From Candidatus Palauibacter sp. (lineage in GTDB: Bacteria > Gemmatimonadota > Gemmatimonadetes > Palauibacterales > Palauibacteraceae), in contig NZ_OZ244149.1 in assembly GCF_965216145.1 (NCBI RefSeq), positions 1,100,797 to 1,164,796 of the forward strand: DNA of 64,000 nucleotides, in the 5' to 3' direction. Positions 19,328 through 28,973 of this stretch are shown one piece after another; position 1 is the stretch's first letter; each line of letters opens with the position of its first letter. The notes under the pieces were generated by a model. The model was not told the DNA's origin and did no database searches. It saw only the letters and a list, made by a program, of their open reading frames with translations. The translations under genes were made by a program, and so were the position numbers.

Positions 19328-19936
19328 TTACATGCCGAGCGGGATGTCGACCTGGGTATTCTCCCACGAGAGACGGAGCGCGCCGTCCATGTGCTCGAAG
19401 GTCATCATCTCGACCATCTCCGCGGTGGCGGAGGGCATCGCGCTGAAGCTGCCGATCTCGGTGCTGCGGACCTCGGCGTCGATCGGGATCCCCCAGCGCT
19501 CGAAGTTGGAGTTCAGGTAGAACTCCCACTCGCTCTCGCCGGGGATCGCGTACAGCGAGTAGCTCCCGGCCGCGAGCGCGACGCCGCCGACCATGGCGTC
19601 CGCCGACAGGTGCAGCGTCGTGGGTTCGTTCGCCCCGACGCGCCAGGGCTCGCCGAACGGAACGAGTTCGCCCATGACCACGCGCTCGCGGGCCGAAGGC
19701 GCCCCGTAGCACAGCAGGGCCTCACCGCCGCCGGCCGAGAACCGAAGCTCCTGGAGCGGGCTCTGCCGTCCCTCGGCGTCCCCCATCACGACACAACTCA
19801 GTTCGGCAGACGCCATTTCGGCCGAGGCCATTTCATCAGCGGCCTCGCCCGTCTCCGCCATCTCGGCCTCGCCGGATCCTCCGCCGCACCCCGCGACGAA
19901 GAAGACGGCCAGGTACCACGCATTGCTTCTCTTCAT
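19328..19936 (-). CDS. DUF2911-like lipoprotein
   Basis: Leader MKRSNAWYLAVFFVAGCGG. YSLYAIPGESEWEFYLN region resembles DUF2911. No enzymatic motif recognised. Confidence 0.45.
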   Translation of the reverse strand: MKRSNAWYLAVFFVAGCGGGSGEAEMAETGEAADEMASAEMASAELSCVVMGDAEGRQSPLQELRFSAGGGEALLCYGAPSARERVVMGELVPFGEPWRVGANEPTTLHLSADAMVGGVALAAGSYSLYAIPGESEWEFYLNSNFERWGIPIDAEVRSTEIGSFSAMPSATAEMVEMMTFEHMDGALRLSWENTQVDIPLGM

Positions 19937-19972
19937 CTCTTCCCTCTTCTCCTCAGGTCTCTCTTCCGAGAC

Positions 19973-21022
19973 CTATTTTGTCCACACAACGATGATCCCA
20001 CACCGTGATGCGGGGAACTCCGCCGGACCCGACGCGAGTCCCTTGTATACCTCGATGCCGGCGATCTCGACCGGCTTCACGAATTCGTCCAGCGCAGCCC
20101 CCCTCGCCGGCATGCCGTCCACATAGTAACTCAGCGGACAGGCATCGGGCGTGAACCCCGACGACAGCCTCGTGTTCACCAGGCGGCACGTGGTACGCCG
20201 GAGGCCGCACTCGAGTCGGATGCCCGACTCGTCGGCGACCATGTGCGAGATCTCCACCGGCCTGCGGCGATCGATGTCGTCCGCCGTGTAGAAGGTGCCC
20301 GTGCCGGCGAGTTCACCCCAGTACCTGCGCTCGTAGAACCCCTTGACCTCCAGCCGGCGCAACCTCAACGCCGTCGCCACGAGCGGTTCCATCTCCACCG
20401 GGTCCGGGACCAGACCGATGTCCACCTCCGTGGTAAGGCCACGTGAGATCTCGACCATATGAGAAAGCGGAGCGTAACCGAGGTGCCGCACGGCCAACTC
20501 CTGCATTCCGACCGGAACACCGCTGAGGACGAACCGCCCCCGGCGGTTGGTCTCGGCCACCTCCATGCGACCGGGGACGGACACCGCCGCCGCGACCACC
20601 GGATCATCCGTCAGGGCGTCCCGCACCTCGCCGATGAGCCGCCCGGTCCTTACCGGCCCCGAGCGCAGCGTGAGTTCTACTTCGTGGGAGGCCCCGGCGA
20701 CGATGACGACCACCGCCTCCTCGCTGGACGCGTCCCCGAACTCGGCCCACAGCGTGGCCTGTCTCGCGTCCCGCGGAGCACAGAGAACCAGACGCCCACC
20801 GCTTCCGACATCCTCGCGCACCGGCCTTCTCACCCGCTCGGTGTCGGTCCACCGCACGATCACGGTCGCGTTCGGCACCGGAACCGCCCCGGACTCGTCA
20901 AGGACCACCGCCCCCAAGACCGCACGGTCGTCACAGTCCGGGTCCTGGGCCGCGAGATCCCCCGCGCCGGCTCCAAATCCGAGCAGCGCAACGAGGACGG
21001 CGCGAGGTCCTCGTCCGGTCAT
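19973..21022 (-). CDS. carboxypeptidase-regulatory-like domain protein (two CarbopepD_reg-type beta-sandwich repeats, TonB-receptor-N-terminal-like tail)
   Basis: Signal MTGRGPRAVLVALLGFGAGAGDLAAQ at the internal ATG 21020-21022. Repeats ATVIVRW... and GEVRDALTDDPVVAAAVSV...ETNRRGRFVL. C-terminal VEIAGIEVYKG...GIIVVWTK. The ORF-track 5' extension to 21988 is antisense to nhaC and is rejected. Confidence 0.55.
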   Translation of the reverse strand: MTGRGPRAVLVALLGFGAGAGDLAAQDPDCDDRAVLGAVVLDESGAVPVPNATVIVRWTDTERVRRPVREDVGSGGRLVLCAPRDARQATLWAEFGDASSEEAVVVIVAGASHEVELTLRSGPVRTGRLIGEVRDALTDDPVVAAAVSVPGRMEVAETNRRGRFVLSGVPVGMQELAVRHLGYAPLSHMVEISRGLTTEVDIGLVPDPVEMEPLVATALRLRRLEVKGFYERRYWGELAGTGTFYTADDIDRRRPVEISHMVADESGIRLECGLRRTTCRLVNTRLSSGFTPDACPLSYYVDGMPARGAALDEFVKPVEIAGIEVYKGLASGPAEFPASRCGIIVVWTK

Positions 21023-21090
21023 GCTGGCGGGTTCGACATGCAGAGCGCCTCCTCTCTCCCCTCCCAAGATCAAGAAACCGCGACGAGGGA

Positions 21091-22404
21091 TCAAGCCAGA
21101 ACGAGGAAACCTCCGGCGGCCAGCGCCGCCGCGAAGAGGGCGTAGGGCAGCTGCGTGAGCGCGTGCTCGACCACGCCGCAGCCGGCGCCCCTCGCCGCGA
21201 GCACGGTCGAGTCGCCGTAGAAGCAGGCGTGGCTCCCGAACGCGCTCGCCGAGATGAGCGCGCCGATGACGAGCGGCATCTCCGCCCCGACGGAGTCCGC
21301 GAGCGGCAGCACGATGGGGATCGCCACCGCGAAGATTCCCCAGAAGGAGGCCGTCGCGAAGGCGACGAACGACATCGTGAGGAAGGTTACGGCCGGGAGG
21401 AGCCGAGGCGTCATCAGCGGTTCCACCGTCTCGATGAGATAGGCCGTGAGCCCGAGCCCGTCGTTCACTTCCTTGAGGAGGAAGCCGCCGAACACCGTCG
21501 CCAGCGGGACGATCATGGTGAGGACCCCCGCCATGGCCGTGTCGAGCGCCGCGCCCACGCGGAGGAGCCGCGTTCCCACCACCATGGCGAGGGTGAGGCA
21601 GAGCGCCACGACGACGCCCTTCAGGATGTCGAGGTCGAGCAGCCACGTGGCGGCCACGAGCGTCACGATGGGGAGGACGAAGTGCCACGGGTGGGCGCGC
21701 TCGGCCGCGGCCGCGTCGATGTCCCCCTCGAGCGCCGCCTCCTCGATGCCCGGCGGCACGACCTGGCCCGTCTCCCGGGCGCGGCGTTCGGCCTTCCGCA
21801 TCGGCCCGAGCGCCGGGACGAGGCCGATCCCGACCAGGACCGCCATGGCGACGGCGATCCACGCGTACAGCATGTACGGGATCGCGTCGGCGTAGAGGGC
21901 GAGGCCGCGGCCGGGCTCCGCCCATCCGGTGTCCTCGAGCAGGCCGGCGAAGAAGGCGGCCCATGTGGAGATGGGGACGAGGATGCACACCGGCGCGGCG
22001 GTCGAGTCCACGACGTAGGCGAGCATCTCACGCGAGACGCGGTGGCGGTCGGTGAAGCGTTTCACGGAGGAACTCACCGCGAGCACGTTCAGGTAGTCGT
22101 CGATGAACACGACGAGCCCCAACAGCCACGTCACGGCGAGCGCTCCGCCCCGACTCCGAATGTGTTCCGAGGCCGCGTCGCCGAAGCGGCCCGCCGCGCC
22201 CACCCGGACGAGAAGCGTGATGAGGCTGCCGAAGAGGGCGCAGACGAGGATGATCCAGCCCACCGTCTCGTTCTGCATGACGGCGACCATGCCGTCCGTG
22301 AACGCCGTGAGCGGATCGCTCGGCGCCAGGATCACGAACCCGACGATCGCGCCCGCGATGAGCGATTCGACCGGCCGGCGCGTCGCTATGGCAACCGCCA
22401 GCAC
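21091..22404 (-). CDS. nhaC: Na+/H+ antiporter NhaC family membrane protein
   Basis: Polytopic membrane protein. Family-typical FIDDYLNVLAVSSSV... and C-terminal SASAFGSHACFYGDSTVLAA regions. Confidence 0.65.
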   Translation of the reverse strand: MLAVAIATRRPVESLIAGAIVGFVILAPSDPLTAFTDGMVAVMQNETVGWIILVCALFGSLITLLVRVGAAGRFGDAASEHIRSRGGALAVTWLLGLVVFIDDYLNVLAVSSSVKRFTDRHRVSREMLAYVVDSTAAPVCILVPISTWAAFFAGLLEDTGWAEPGRGLALYADAIPYMLYAWIAVAMAVLVGIGLVPALGPMRKAERRARETGQVVPPGIEEAALEGDIDAAAAERAHPWHFVLPIVTLVAATWLLDLDILKGVVVALCLTLAMVVGTRLLRVGAALDTAMAGVLTMIVPLATVFGGFLLKEVNDGLGLTAYLIETVEPLMTPRLLPAVTFLTMSFVAFATASFWGIFAVAIPIVLPLADSVGAEMPLVIGALISASAFGSHACFYGDSTVLAARGAGCGVVEHALTQLPYALFAAALAAGGFLVLA

Positions 22405-22463
22405 GACCGCGGTCGGGATCAGGCTTACGGCGCCGAAATGCTCCAGCGGGGACTCCCTTCCCC

Positions 22464-22483
22464 GGGCGCGAGATCTCGCGCCC
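22464..22483. repeat. perfect 20-bp palindrome GGGCGCGAGATCTCGCGCCC
   Basis: Lies in the 90-bp gap between the MOSC gene stop and the nhaC start. No adjacent T-tract. Confidence 0.8.
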
Positions 22484-22494
22484 CCAGCGGCGGT

Positions 22495-23325
22495 CTAGGC
22501 GAGGCGCACCTCGTCGCCGACCCTGACGGTGCCCGCCCCGGCCACCTCGCACTTCACGCCGACGTTCCCCCCGTTGTGGTCGAAGGCGGCGCGCAACACC
22601 CGCGGATCCTTCGGCAGGTCCCCCTGCGGGAGCGTGACCATGACGCAGCGCAGGCACGGCTTGGTCACCTGCATGCGGGCCTCGCCGATGTGCAGGGCTC
22701 GACCCACCCAGGCGTTCTCGACGAACCCCCGCGCGCCGGCGGCCGGCTCGATGATGATGTTGGGCCGGAACCGGTCCGGGTGGAAATCGCTCCCGGGCAC
22801 GAGGCCGCGCAGGTGCTCCAGACTCGCCGTGGTCAGGACGTGCAGGCTCGAGCTGTCGAAGAACTCTCCGGTCGGCAGTTCCCACGACGTGATCTCGTCG
22901 CGGTACGTCCGTCCGTCCTGGACCAGGCCGTCCATGTCGGGCCAGTGGTACTCGCACGTCGCGCCCTCCGGCGACTCGGTCGCGAACGCCACGTCGCGAT
23001 CCAGCAGCGTGCTCAGGCGCACCTCCAGCCGCCGGCGGTCGGCGCTCGACACGGTTTCCCCGTCCTCGAACCGGACCACAATCGGCCCGTCCCCGTTCCC
23101 ACCCGCGAAGCTCGCCGAGAGACCGAACACGGCGCCCCACGTGCGCGGCCGCTTGGCGCTCACCACGCGTCCGGTCCCGCGGTCTACCAGCGCCCCGGCC
23201 CGGTCCCCCTCCACGCCTCGGGGTGTAATCCGGACCGCTTCGAGGCGTTCGCCCCCCATCGACTTCACGGGGTAGCGGTGAAGACGGACGACGTGCCCCA
23301 CGACTTCCGTTGACGCGGCGCTCAC
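22495..23325 (-). CDS. MOSC domain-containing protein (MOSC_N beta-barrel plus MOSC)
   Basis: RLHRYPVKSMGGE N-terminal MOSC_N signature; C-terminal CLRCVMVT cysteine region. Confidence 0.75.
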   Translation of the reverse strand: MSAASTEVVGHVVRLHRYPVKSMGGERLEAVRITPRGVEGDRAGALVDRGTGRVVSAKRPRTWGAVFGLSASFAGGNGDGPIVVRFEDGETVSSADRRRLEVRLSTLLDRDVAFATESPEGATCEYHWPDMDGLVQDGRTYRDEITSWELPTGEFFDSSSLHVLTTASLEHLRGLVPGSDFHPDRFRPNIIIEPAAGARGFVENAWVGRALHIGEARMQVTKPCLRCVMVTLPQGDLPKDPRVLRAAFDHNGGNVGVKCEVAGAGTVRVGDEVRLA

Positions 23326-23332
23326 GGGCGGG

Positions 23333-24607
23333 TCACAGGAGCAGCGACGCGAGGTAGGCGACGCCGGTCCCGCCGAGGAGGACGAGCCCCACCCAGGTGA
23401 GGGCGACCATGCGACGGCCCGGCCGGTGCTCCGCCGGCACCGCGGACGAGGTCACGGCGCGCAGGTTGAAGTACCCGAGGATGGGCGCGGTGAGGAAGGC
23501 CACGATCGTGGCGAAGTCCACCATCGCGGTCAGGCTGCCGGAGAAGCCGAGGATGATGAAGAAGGCGATGAGGGGGAGCGCGATCATGCTCCCCCAGTAG
23601 ACCCTGCCCACCCGGGTGACGGTCTCCGCCGCGACGCTACCGCGCAGGTTCGCCAACGTGCGTTCGATCGCCCGCGGAAAACCGTCCGTCACGGCGAGGA
23701 GGCTCGAGAAGATCGTCGCCATCGCCGCTACGAGGACGATGGGACGGGACCAGGAGCCGAGCGTCGTGCTGTACATGTCGACCAGCTGCGTCGAGAACAC
23801 GGCGCCGGCGCCGCTCAGCGTCACATCCGCCTGGTAGAGGACCGTGGCCCCGACCGACACGAAGACGAGGGCGAGGATACCGGTCCCGACAAACCCGACC
23901 AGGAAGTCACGTTTCGCGTCCGCGACCGATGTCCGGGCGCCCGTCGACTTGTCCTTGGCCAGCGTCCACAGACTGCTCCACACCGCCACGTCGACGGGCG
24001 ACGGCATCCATCCGATGAGGGCGAGGAGAAACGCGAACGGCACGACGGTGCCCACGACGTCGCCCGGCCACAGGGCGAGCGTCGACAGGTCCGCGCGCGG
24101 AGCCGCCACGAGCGCGGTCGCCACGGTCGAGAGGACGAGCATCGCGAGCAGGATCTTGATCGTGATGTCGAGGCCCCGGTAGCGCCCCACGACGAGGACC
24201 GCCACGCAGGCGCTCATCAGCACGGCCGCGGTCGCCGCCAGCGGCCACTCCGCCCCGAACGCGTAGCGCGTGAGGAACGCCATGAACATCGCCAGGGCCG
24301 CGAGCGAGATGATCGCGGTGATGAGGGTGATGGCGAGGAAGAGCCACAGCGCCCAGCGGCCGATGTCGCGGTATCCCTCGACCAGGCTCCGCCTCGTGGC
24401 GGCCGCGTACCGCGCCCCGTACTCGAAGAAGGGATACTTGAGGATGAGCGCGAAGACGATCACGCCGACGAAGGCGAACCCCGCCTCCGCCCCCGCGCGC
24501 GTGGACTGCACGAGGTGGGAGACCCCGATGGAGGTCGCGGCCCAGATGAGGCCGGGCCCGAAGCTCTTCCAGAAGCTGGAGCCGGTGCGCGCGGCAGGTT
24601 CGCTCAT
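23333..24607 (-). CDS. NRAMP family divalent-metal transporter (MntH-like)
   Basis: Start MSEPAARTGSSFWKSFGPGLIWAATSIGVSHLVQSTRAGAEAGF matches the NRAMP N-terminal consensus. About 11 TM segments. Confidence 0.7.
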   Translation of the reverse strand: MSEPAARTGSSFWKSFGPGLIWAATSIGVSHLVQSTRAGAEAGFAFVGVIVFALILKYPFFEYGARYAAATRRSLVEGYRDIGRWALWLFLAITLITAIISLAALAMFMAFLTRYAFGAEWPLAATAAVLMSACVAVLVVGRYRGLDITIKILLAMLVLSTVATALVAAPRADLSTLALWPGDVVGTVVPFAFLLALIGWMPSPVDVAVWSSLWTLAKDKSTGARTSVADAKRDFLVGFVGTGILALVFVSVGATVLYQADVTLSGAGAVFSTQLVDMYSTTLGSWSRPIVLVAAMATIFSSLLAVTDGFPRAIERTLANLRGSVAAETVTRVGRVYWGSMIALPLIAFFIILGFSGSLTAMVDFATIVAFLTAPILGYFNLRAVTSSAVPAEHRPGRRMVALTWVGLVLLGGTGVAYLASLLL

Positions 24608-24681
24608 TGGGTCTTCTCCGGCCGGACCGTGGGTGGCGGGGCAAAGGTCGGACGAACCTGAGGATGAACCTTGATCGCCCC

Positions 24682-27399
24682 ATGGTGCAACGCCGCGCGG
24701 ATCGTGCAATAGTGAGTCGCCGTCCGCTGTGTTTCTCGAACCCCGGAGATGTGCCCGTGCTATCCACGCTCGCGCTCGCCGCCGCGATCCAGCTGCCCGC
24801 CCAGGCGCAGGAACTCGCGCCCGGAGCGCGCTACGACCCCGAGATGCCGACCCTCGAAGAGGTGGCGGGACACGGCTTCCGCGAGGCCGTCACGCCGCCC
24901 GCCGATGTGATCCGCTACATGGAAGCGCTCGCCGCCGCCGCCCCCGAGCGGACGCGACTCATCCGCTACGCCGAGAGCTGGGAGGGCCGGCCGCTCGTCG
25001 TCCTCGTCATCGGGTCGCCGGAACGGATGGCGCGGCTTGAGGAGGTGAAGGCGGGGATCGCGCGGCTCGCCGATCCGCGCGGGCTCTCCGACGCGGAGGC
25101 CGAGACGCTCATGGCCGAGCTTCCCGTCGTCACCGCGCTCATGCACGGCGTGCACGGGAACGAGATCAGTTCGAGCGGGGCGGCCATGGCCGAGGCGTAC
25201 CACCTGCTCGCGGCCACGGGAGATGCGGACGTCGACCTCATCCTGTCCGAGTCGCTCGTCCTCATCGATCCCATGGAGAACCCCGACGGGCGCAACCGCT
25301 TCGTATACCAGAACAGGATCGCGCAGGCCCGGTGGCCGGACGAGGCCGGGGTCTCCGCCGAACACGACGAGCCGTGGCCCGGCGGGCGCGGGAACCACTA
25401 CCTGTTCGACCTCAACCGGGACCTCTTCATCCAGAGCCAGCCCGAGACGCGCGGGAAGGTGGACATCTTCCTCGAGTACCGGCCCCAGATCGTGGCGGAC
25501 CTGCACGAGATGGGAGGGGACGCGACCTACTTCTTTCCGCCCACGGCGGCCCCCTCCAACCCGTGGTACGGCGAGCGGCAGATCGCGCTCATGGACGTGT
25601 TCGGGGAGGCGATCGGGGCCCGGTTCGACGCGCGCGGGTTCGCGTACTTCAACCGGGATGTGTACGACCTCTTCTATCCCGGCTACGTGGACATGTGGCC
25701 GATGGGCCACGGCGCCCTGGGCATGACGTACGAGCAGGCGAGCGCCCGGGCGCTGGTGCTGCGGCGTTCGGACGGCGACCTGCTCACGTACGGCGACGGC
25801 GTGCTGCACCACTTCACGGCGGCGATCGAGACGGCGCTCACGTCCGCGCGCAACCGGGGTCGGATCCTGCGCGACTACCTCGCGTTCCGGCGCGAGGGGA
25901 TCGCGCTCGGCGAGCGGGGACCGGCCGAGATCGTGCTCCACTCGGCGCACGACCCGGGGATGGCGGAACGGCTCGCCGGGCTGCTGGCCGAGAACGGGAT
26001 CGACGTGTTTCGCGCCTCCGGGCCGGTGACCGTCGGCGCCCGGACGCTGGCCGCGGACGCGAGTTTCATCGTGCCGCTCGACCAGCCGACGCACCGCTTC
26101 ATCCACAACCTCCTCGACGCTCACGTCCCCATGGAGGAGGACTTCGTGAGGCGGCAGATCGAGCGCCGCGCGAACCGGCAGCCGGACGAGATCTACGATC
26201 TGACCGCGTGGAGCCAGGCGCTGCTGTGGGACGTCGAGGCGATCGAGACGCCCGCGACCGGCGCGCGCGGCGAGCCCATCGCAGCGGGGGAGGGCCTGCT
26301 CGAGGCGGGCGGGGCGCAGGCGGGCGTGCCCGCGGCGGACGTGCCCCCGCTGCCCGAGGCGCTCGTCGGGTACCTGATCCCGTGGGGCACGAACGGGGCC
26401 GCGGCGGTGACCGAGGCGCTCCGCGAGGGCATCCGTATTCGGGCGGCCGGCGCGGAGTTCACGCTGGACGGCCGCCGCTTCGGCGTCGGCACCGCGATCG
26501 TCCGGGCGGCCGAGAACGGCCCGGACGCGCGGGAGCGCCTGGCCGGCATCGCCGCCCGGCACCGCGCCGAGGTCGTGCCCATCGACGACGCGTACGTGCG
26601 CGAGGGCATGTCGCTGGGGAGCCGCCGCGTCCGGGCGCTGCGCGAGCCGCGCGTGCTGCTCGTCTACGACGCCCCCGGCCGCAGCCTCTCCGTGGGCTGG
26701 GCCCGCTACGTCCTCGAGCGGCGCTATGGCCAGCGCACGACCGCGGTGCGGGCGTCGAGCCTCGGCCGCGCGCGGCTGACCGACTACGACGTCATCGTCT
26801 TCCCGAGCGGCAACTACGGCGACGCCGTGGGCGACGGGCTCCTCGACGGACTGCGGGCCTGGATGCGCGACGGCGGCACCCTCATCACGATGGCCGAGTC
26901 CTCGCGTTGGGCCTCGCGGGCCGGACTGCTGGCCACCGAGACGGAGCGCCGCGGCGGGCGGGTCGAGGGCGACGACCCGCCCGAGCCCGACACCTCGGAG
27001 CAGCCCATCGAATACCTCGACGCCATCTCGCCGGAGGATGAGTCACCCGAGGGCGTGCCGGGCGCGATCCTGCGCACAGTGCTCGACACGGAACACTGGC
27101 TCGCGGCCGGCACCGACGGCGAGATCGGCGTCCTCGTAGAAGGCTCGCGCGTCTTCCGTCCGATCACGCTGGACGAGGGCACGAACGTCGGCCGCTACGC
27201 CGACCTCGAAAATCTCGTCCTCAGCGGCATCGTGTGGGAGGAATCTCAGCCACAGCTGGCCAGCAAGGCGTTCCTCATCCACCAGCCCGTGGGGAGCGGG
27301 CAGCTCGTGGCCTTCGCGGAAGACCCGAACTACCGCGCCTATGCCGAGGCGACGCAACTCCTGTTCATGAACGCCGTCCTGCTCGGACCAGGTCGATAG
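24682..27399 (+). CDS. secreted M14 family zinc carboxypeptidase, large multidomain
   Basis: HGVHGNEISSSGAAMAEAY (HxxE zinc-binding) and downstream M14 core. Signal VPVLSTLALAAAIQLPAQA. Start is either ATG 24682 or GTG 24751/24757. Confidence 0.7.
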   Translation: MVQRRADRAIVSRRPLCFSNPGDVPVLSTLALAAAIQLPAQAQELAPGARYDPEMPTLEEVAGHGFREAVTPPADVIRYMEALAAAAPERTRLIRYAESWEGRPLVVLVIGSPERMARLEEVKAGIARLADPRGLSDAEAETLMAELPVVTALMHGVHGNEISSSGAAMAEAYHLLAATGDADVDLILSESLVLIDPMENPDGRNRFVYQNRIAQARWPDEAGVSAEHDEPWPGGRGNHYLFDLNRDLFIQSQPETRGKVDIFLEYRPQIVADLHEMGGDATYFFPPTAAPSNPWYGERQIALMDVFGEAIGARFDARGFAYFNRDVYDLFYPGYVDMWPMGHGALGMTYEQASARALVLRRSDGDLLTYGDGVLHHFTAAIETALTSARNRGRILRDYLAFRREGIALGERGPAEIVLHSAHDPGMAERLAGLLAENGIDVFRASGPVTVGARTLAADASFIVPLDQPTHRFIHNLLDAHVPMEEDFVRRQIERRANRQPDEIYDLTAWSQALLWDVEAIETPATGARGEPIAAGEGLLEAGGAQAGVPAADVPPLPEALVGYLIPWGTNGAAAVTEALREGIRIRAAGAEFTLDGRRFGVGTAIVRAAENGPDARERLAGIAARHRAEVVPIDDAYVREGMSLGSRRVRALREPRVLLVYDAPGRSLSVGWARYVLERRYGQRTTAVRASSLGRARLTDYDVIVFPSGNYGDAVGDGLLDGLRAWMRDGGTLITMAESSRWASRAGLLATETERRGGRVEGDDPPEPDTSEQPIEYLDAISPEDESPEGVPGAILRTVLDTEHWLAAGTDGEIGVLVEGSRVFRPITLDEGTNVGRYADLENLVLSGIVWEESQPQLASKAFLIHQPVGSGQLVAFAEDPNYRAYAEATQLLFMNAVLLGPGR

Positions 27400-27469
27400 C
27401 CCGAAAACTTCGGCGCAGCGCCGCCCGCCCCGGCGACAGGCGTCGAAGATCCTTCTGCAAGCTTCGGGA

Positions 27470-27561
27470 TTGCAGAAACACGGCCACGTATATTGCAAAT
27501 CCACGAACAACAACCTTGCAATAGATCGACCGTAGACGTTGCAGATCGCCAAACGAGCCGT
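27470..27561. repeat. four direct repeats starting TTGCA(A/G) at exact 23-bp spacing (27470, 27493, 27516, 27539)
   Basis: Direct reading. They sit in a low-GC 175-bp intergenic region immediately upstream of the AAA+ ATPase start codon (27575). Confidence 0.8.
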
Positions 27562-27574
27562 CAGATTCACGATC

Positions 27575-28879
27575 ATGGCACGTAACGCTCGATCCGTTCC
27601 AGACTACGTTCCCCGCATCGCGGACCGCGAGTTGGCCCGGCGTCTCGCTTCGGCGGGCGCTGTCGTCATCGAGGGCCCCCGCGTCTGCGGAAAGACGACG
27701 ACAGCCCGGCAGGCGGCATCGAGCGAGCTGCTCGTGGATGCGGATCCGTCCGTCGCCGAGGTGATGGCGGTGGACCCGCGGCTCCTCCTGGAGGGGCCCA
27801 CACCCCGGCTGATCGACGAGTGGCAGGTGGAACCGGCCATCTGGAACTACATCCGCCGCGCGGTGGATGATCGCCCCGGGAAGGGGCACTTCATTCTCAC
27901 GGGATCGGCGGTCCCCCCCGACGACATCACGCGGCACACGGGCGCCGGGCGGATGAGCCGACTTCGGCTCCGCCCCATGTCGCTGTTCGAGTTGGGGGGG
28001 GCTAAGGCCCCGGTCCCGCGGGAGCGTGCCGGGGGTCGCATCTCGTTGAAGCGCCTGCTTCGCGGAGAGCCCGCGCCGAGCCTGAAGCACGAACTGTCGC
28101 TCGACGAGATCGCGGAACTGCTGTGCGTCGGCGGATGGCCCGGACACCTGCGCGGACGGTCTGCGGAAGACGCGATGGTGGCCAACCGGGACTACCTGGA
28201 CGAGGTCTGTCGTACCGATGTCCGCCGGGTCGACGGCATCGCGAGAGATCCGGAGCGGGTGCGACGTTTCCTGGACTCGATCGCGCGCAATACGGCAACG
28301 TGTGCCACCGTCGCGACGATGGCCGAGGACGCGGGCGGTTCGGACGCCTCGCTCTCGAACGAGACGGCCCGCTCGTACCTGAGGGCCCTTGAACGACTCA
28401 TGGTCGTCGAGCATCAGCGGCCGTGGGCACCCCACCTGCGCTCGCGGTCGCGGATGAGGAACACGCCGAAGCGGCACTTCGTCGACCCGTCCCTCGCCGT
28501 GGCGGCCCTGGGTGCCGGACCGGAACACCTGTTGCGCGACCTTCGATGGATGGGATTCCTCTTCGAGTCAATGGTCGTGCGGGACCTGCGCGTCTACGCA
28601 CAGGCCACGCGCGCGACCGTTTACCACTACCGCGACAACACCGGTCTCGAGGTGGATGCGATCGTGGACGGAGGGCCGGATAGGTGGGCGGCCTTCGAGA
28701 TCAAGCTTGGTGCCGGAAGGATCGAGGAGGCGGCGCAGGCTCTCCTCAAGTTTGCGGACCGGGTCGATACGGAACGCACCGGCGAGCCGGCGACGCTGGG
28801 CGTCATTACGGGCAGTCCGTACGGTTACCGCCGGCCGGATGGCGTGACCGTCATCCCCATCGGCGCGCTCGGACCCTAA
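27575..28879 (+). CDS. AAA+ ATPase with C-terminal DUF4143 (AAA_14 / ATP-binding protein family)
   Basis: Walker A GPRVCGKTT and Walker B HFILTGSA. C-terminal MGFLFESMVVRDLRVYA...HYRDNTGLEVDAIV is the DUF4143 signature. Start at the ATG MARNARS. Confidence 0.75.
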   Translation: MARNARSVPDYVPRIADRELARRLASAGAVVIEGPRVCGKTTTARQAASSELLVDADPSVAEVMAVDPRLLLEGPTPRLIDEWQVEPAIWNYIRRAVDDRPGKGHFILTGSAVPPDDITRHTGAGRMSRLRLRPMSLFELGGAKAPVPRERAGGRISLKRLLRGEPAPSLKHELSLDEIAELLCVGGWPGHLRGRSAEDAMVANRDYLDEVCRTDVRRVDGIARDPERVRRFLDSIARNTATCATVATMAEDAGGSDASLSNETARSYLRALERLMVVEHQRPWAPHLRSRSRMRNTPKRHFVDPSLAVAALGAGPEHLLRDLRWMGFLFESMVVRDLRVYAQATRATVYHYRDNTGLEVDAIVDGGPDRWAAFEIKLGAGRIEEAAQALLKFADRVDTERTGEPATLGVITGSPYGYRRPDGVTVIPIGALGP

Positions 28880-28887
28880 TCGACGCG

Positions 28888-28925
28888 AAACGCCCCGTCC
28901 GAACCGAAGCTCGAACGGGGCGTCC
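28888..28925. terminator. bidirectional stem-loop between convergent genes
   Basis: AAACGCCCCGTCCGAACCGAAGCTCGAACGGGGCGTCC gives an 8-bp GC-rich stem plus extension. It sits between the ATPase stop (28879) and the S9 peptidase stop (28974). Confidence 0.5.
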
Positions 28926-28973
28926 GCAGTCTGCTCGCGACCGGGCGATCGGGCCCGGCGCCAGCGCTATGCG

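Noticed and set aside
19973-21988. 671-aa ORF-track version of the carboxypeptidase-regulatory-like gene
   Set aside because: The 5' 320 codons are antisense to nhaC and are Arg/Gly-rich noise. A signal-peptide ATG at 21020-21022 gives a sensible 349-aa protein.
21163-23313. 716-aa plus-strand ORF (also 24760..26562 minus 600 aa, 31255..33348 minus 697 aa, 34376..36940 plus 854 aa, 44889..48005 minus 1038 aa, 47090..48268 plus, 58163..60280 plus)
   Set aside because: Long antisense or alternative-frame ORFs are expected at 70% GC. Each is opposite or overlapping a gene with clear family motifs, and their translations are low-complexity (R/G/P/H/D-rich).
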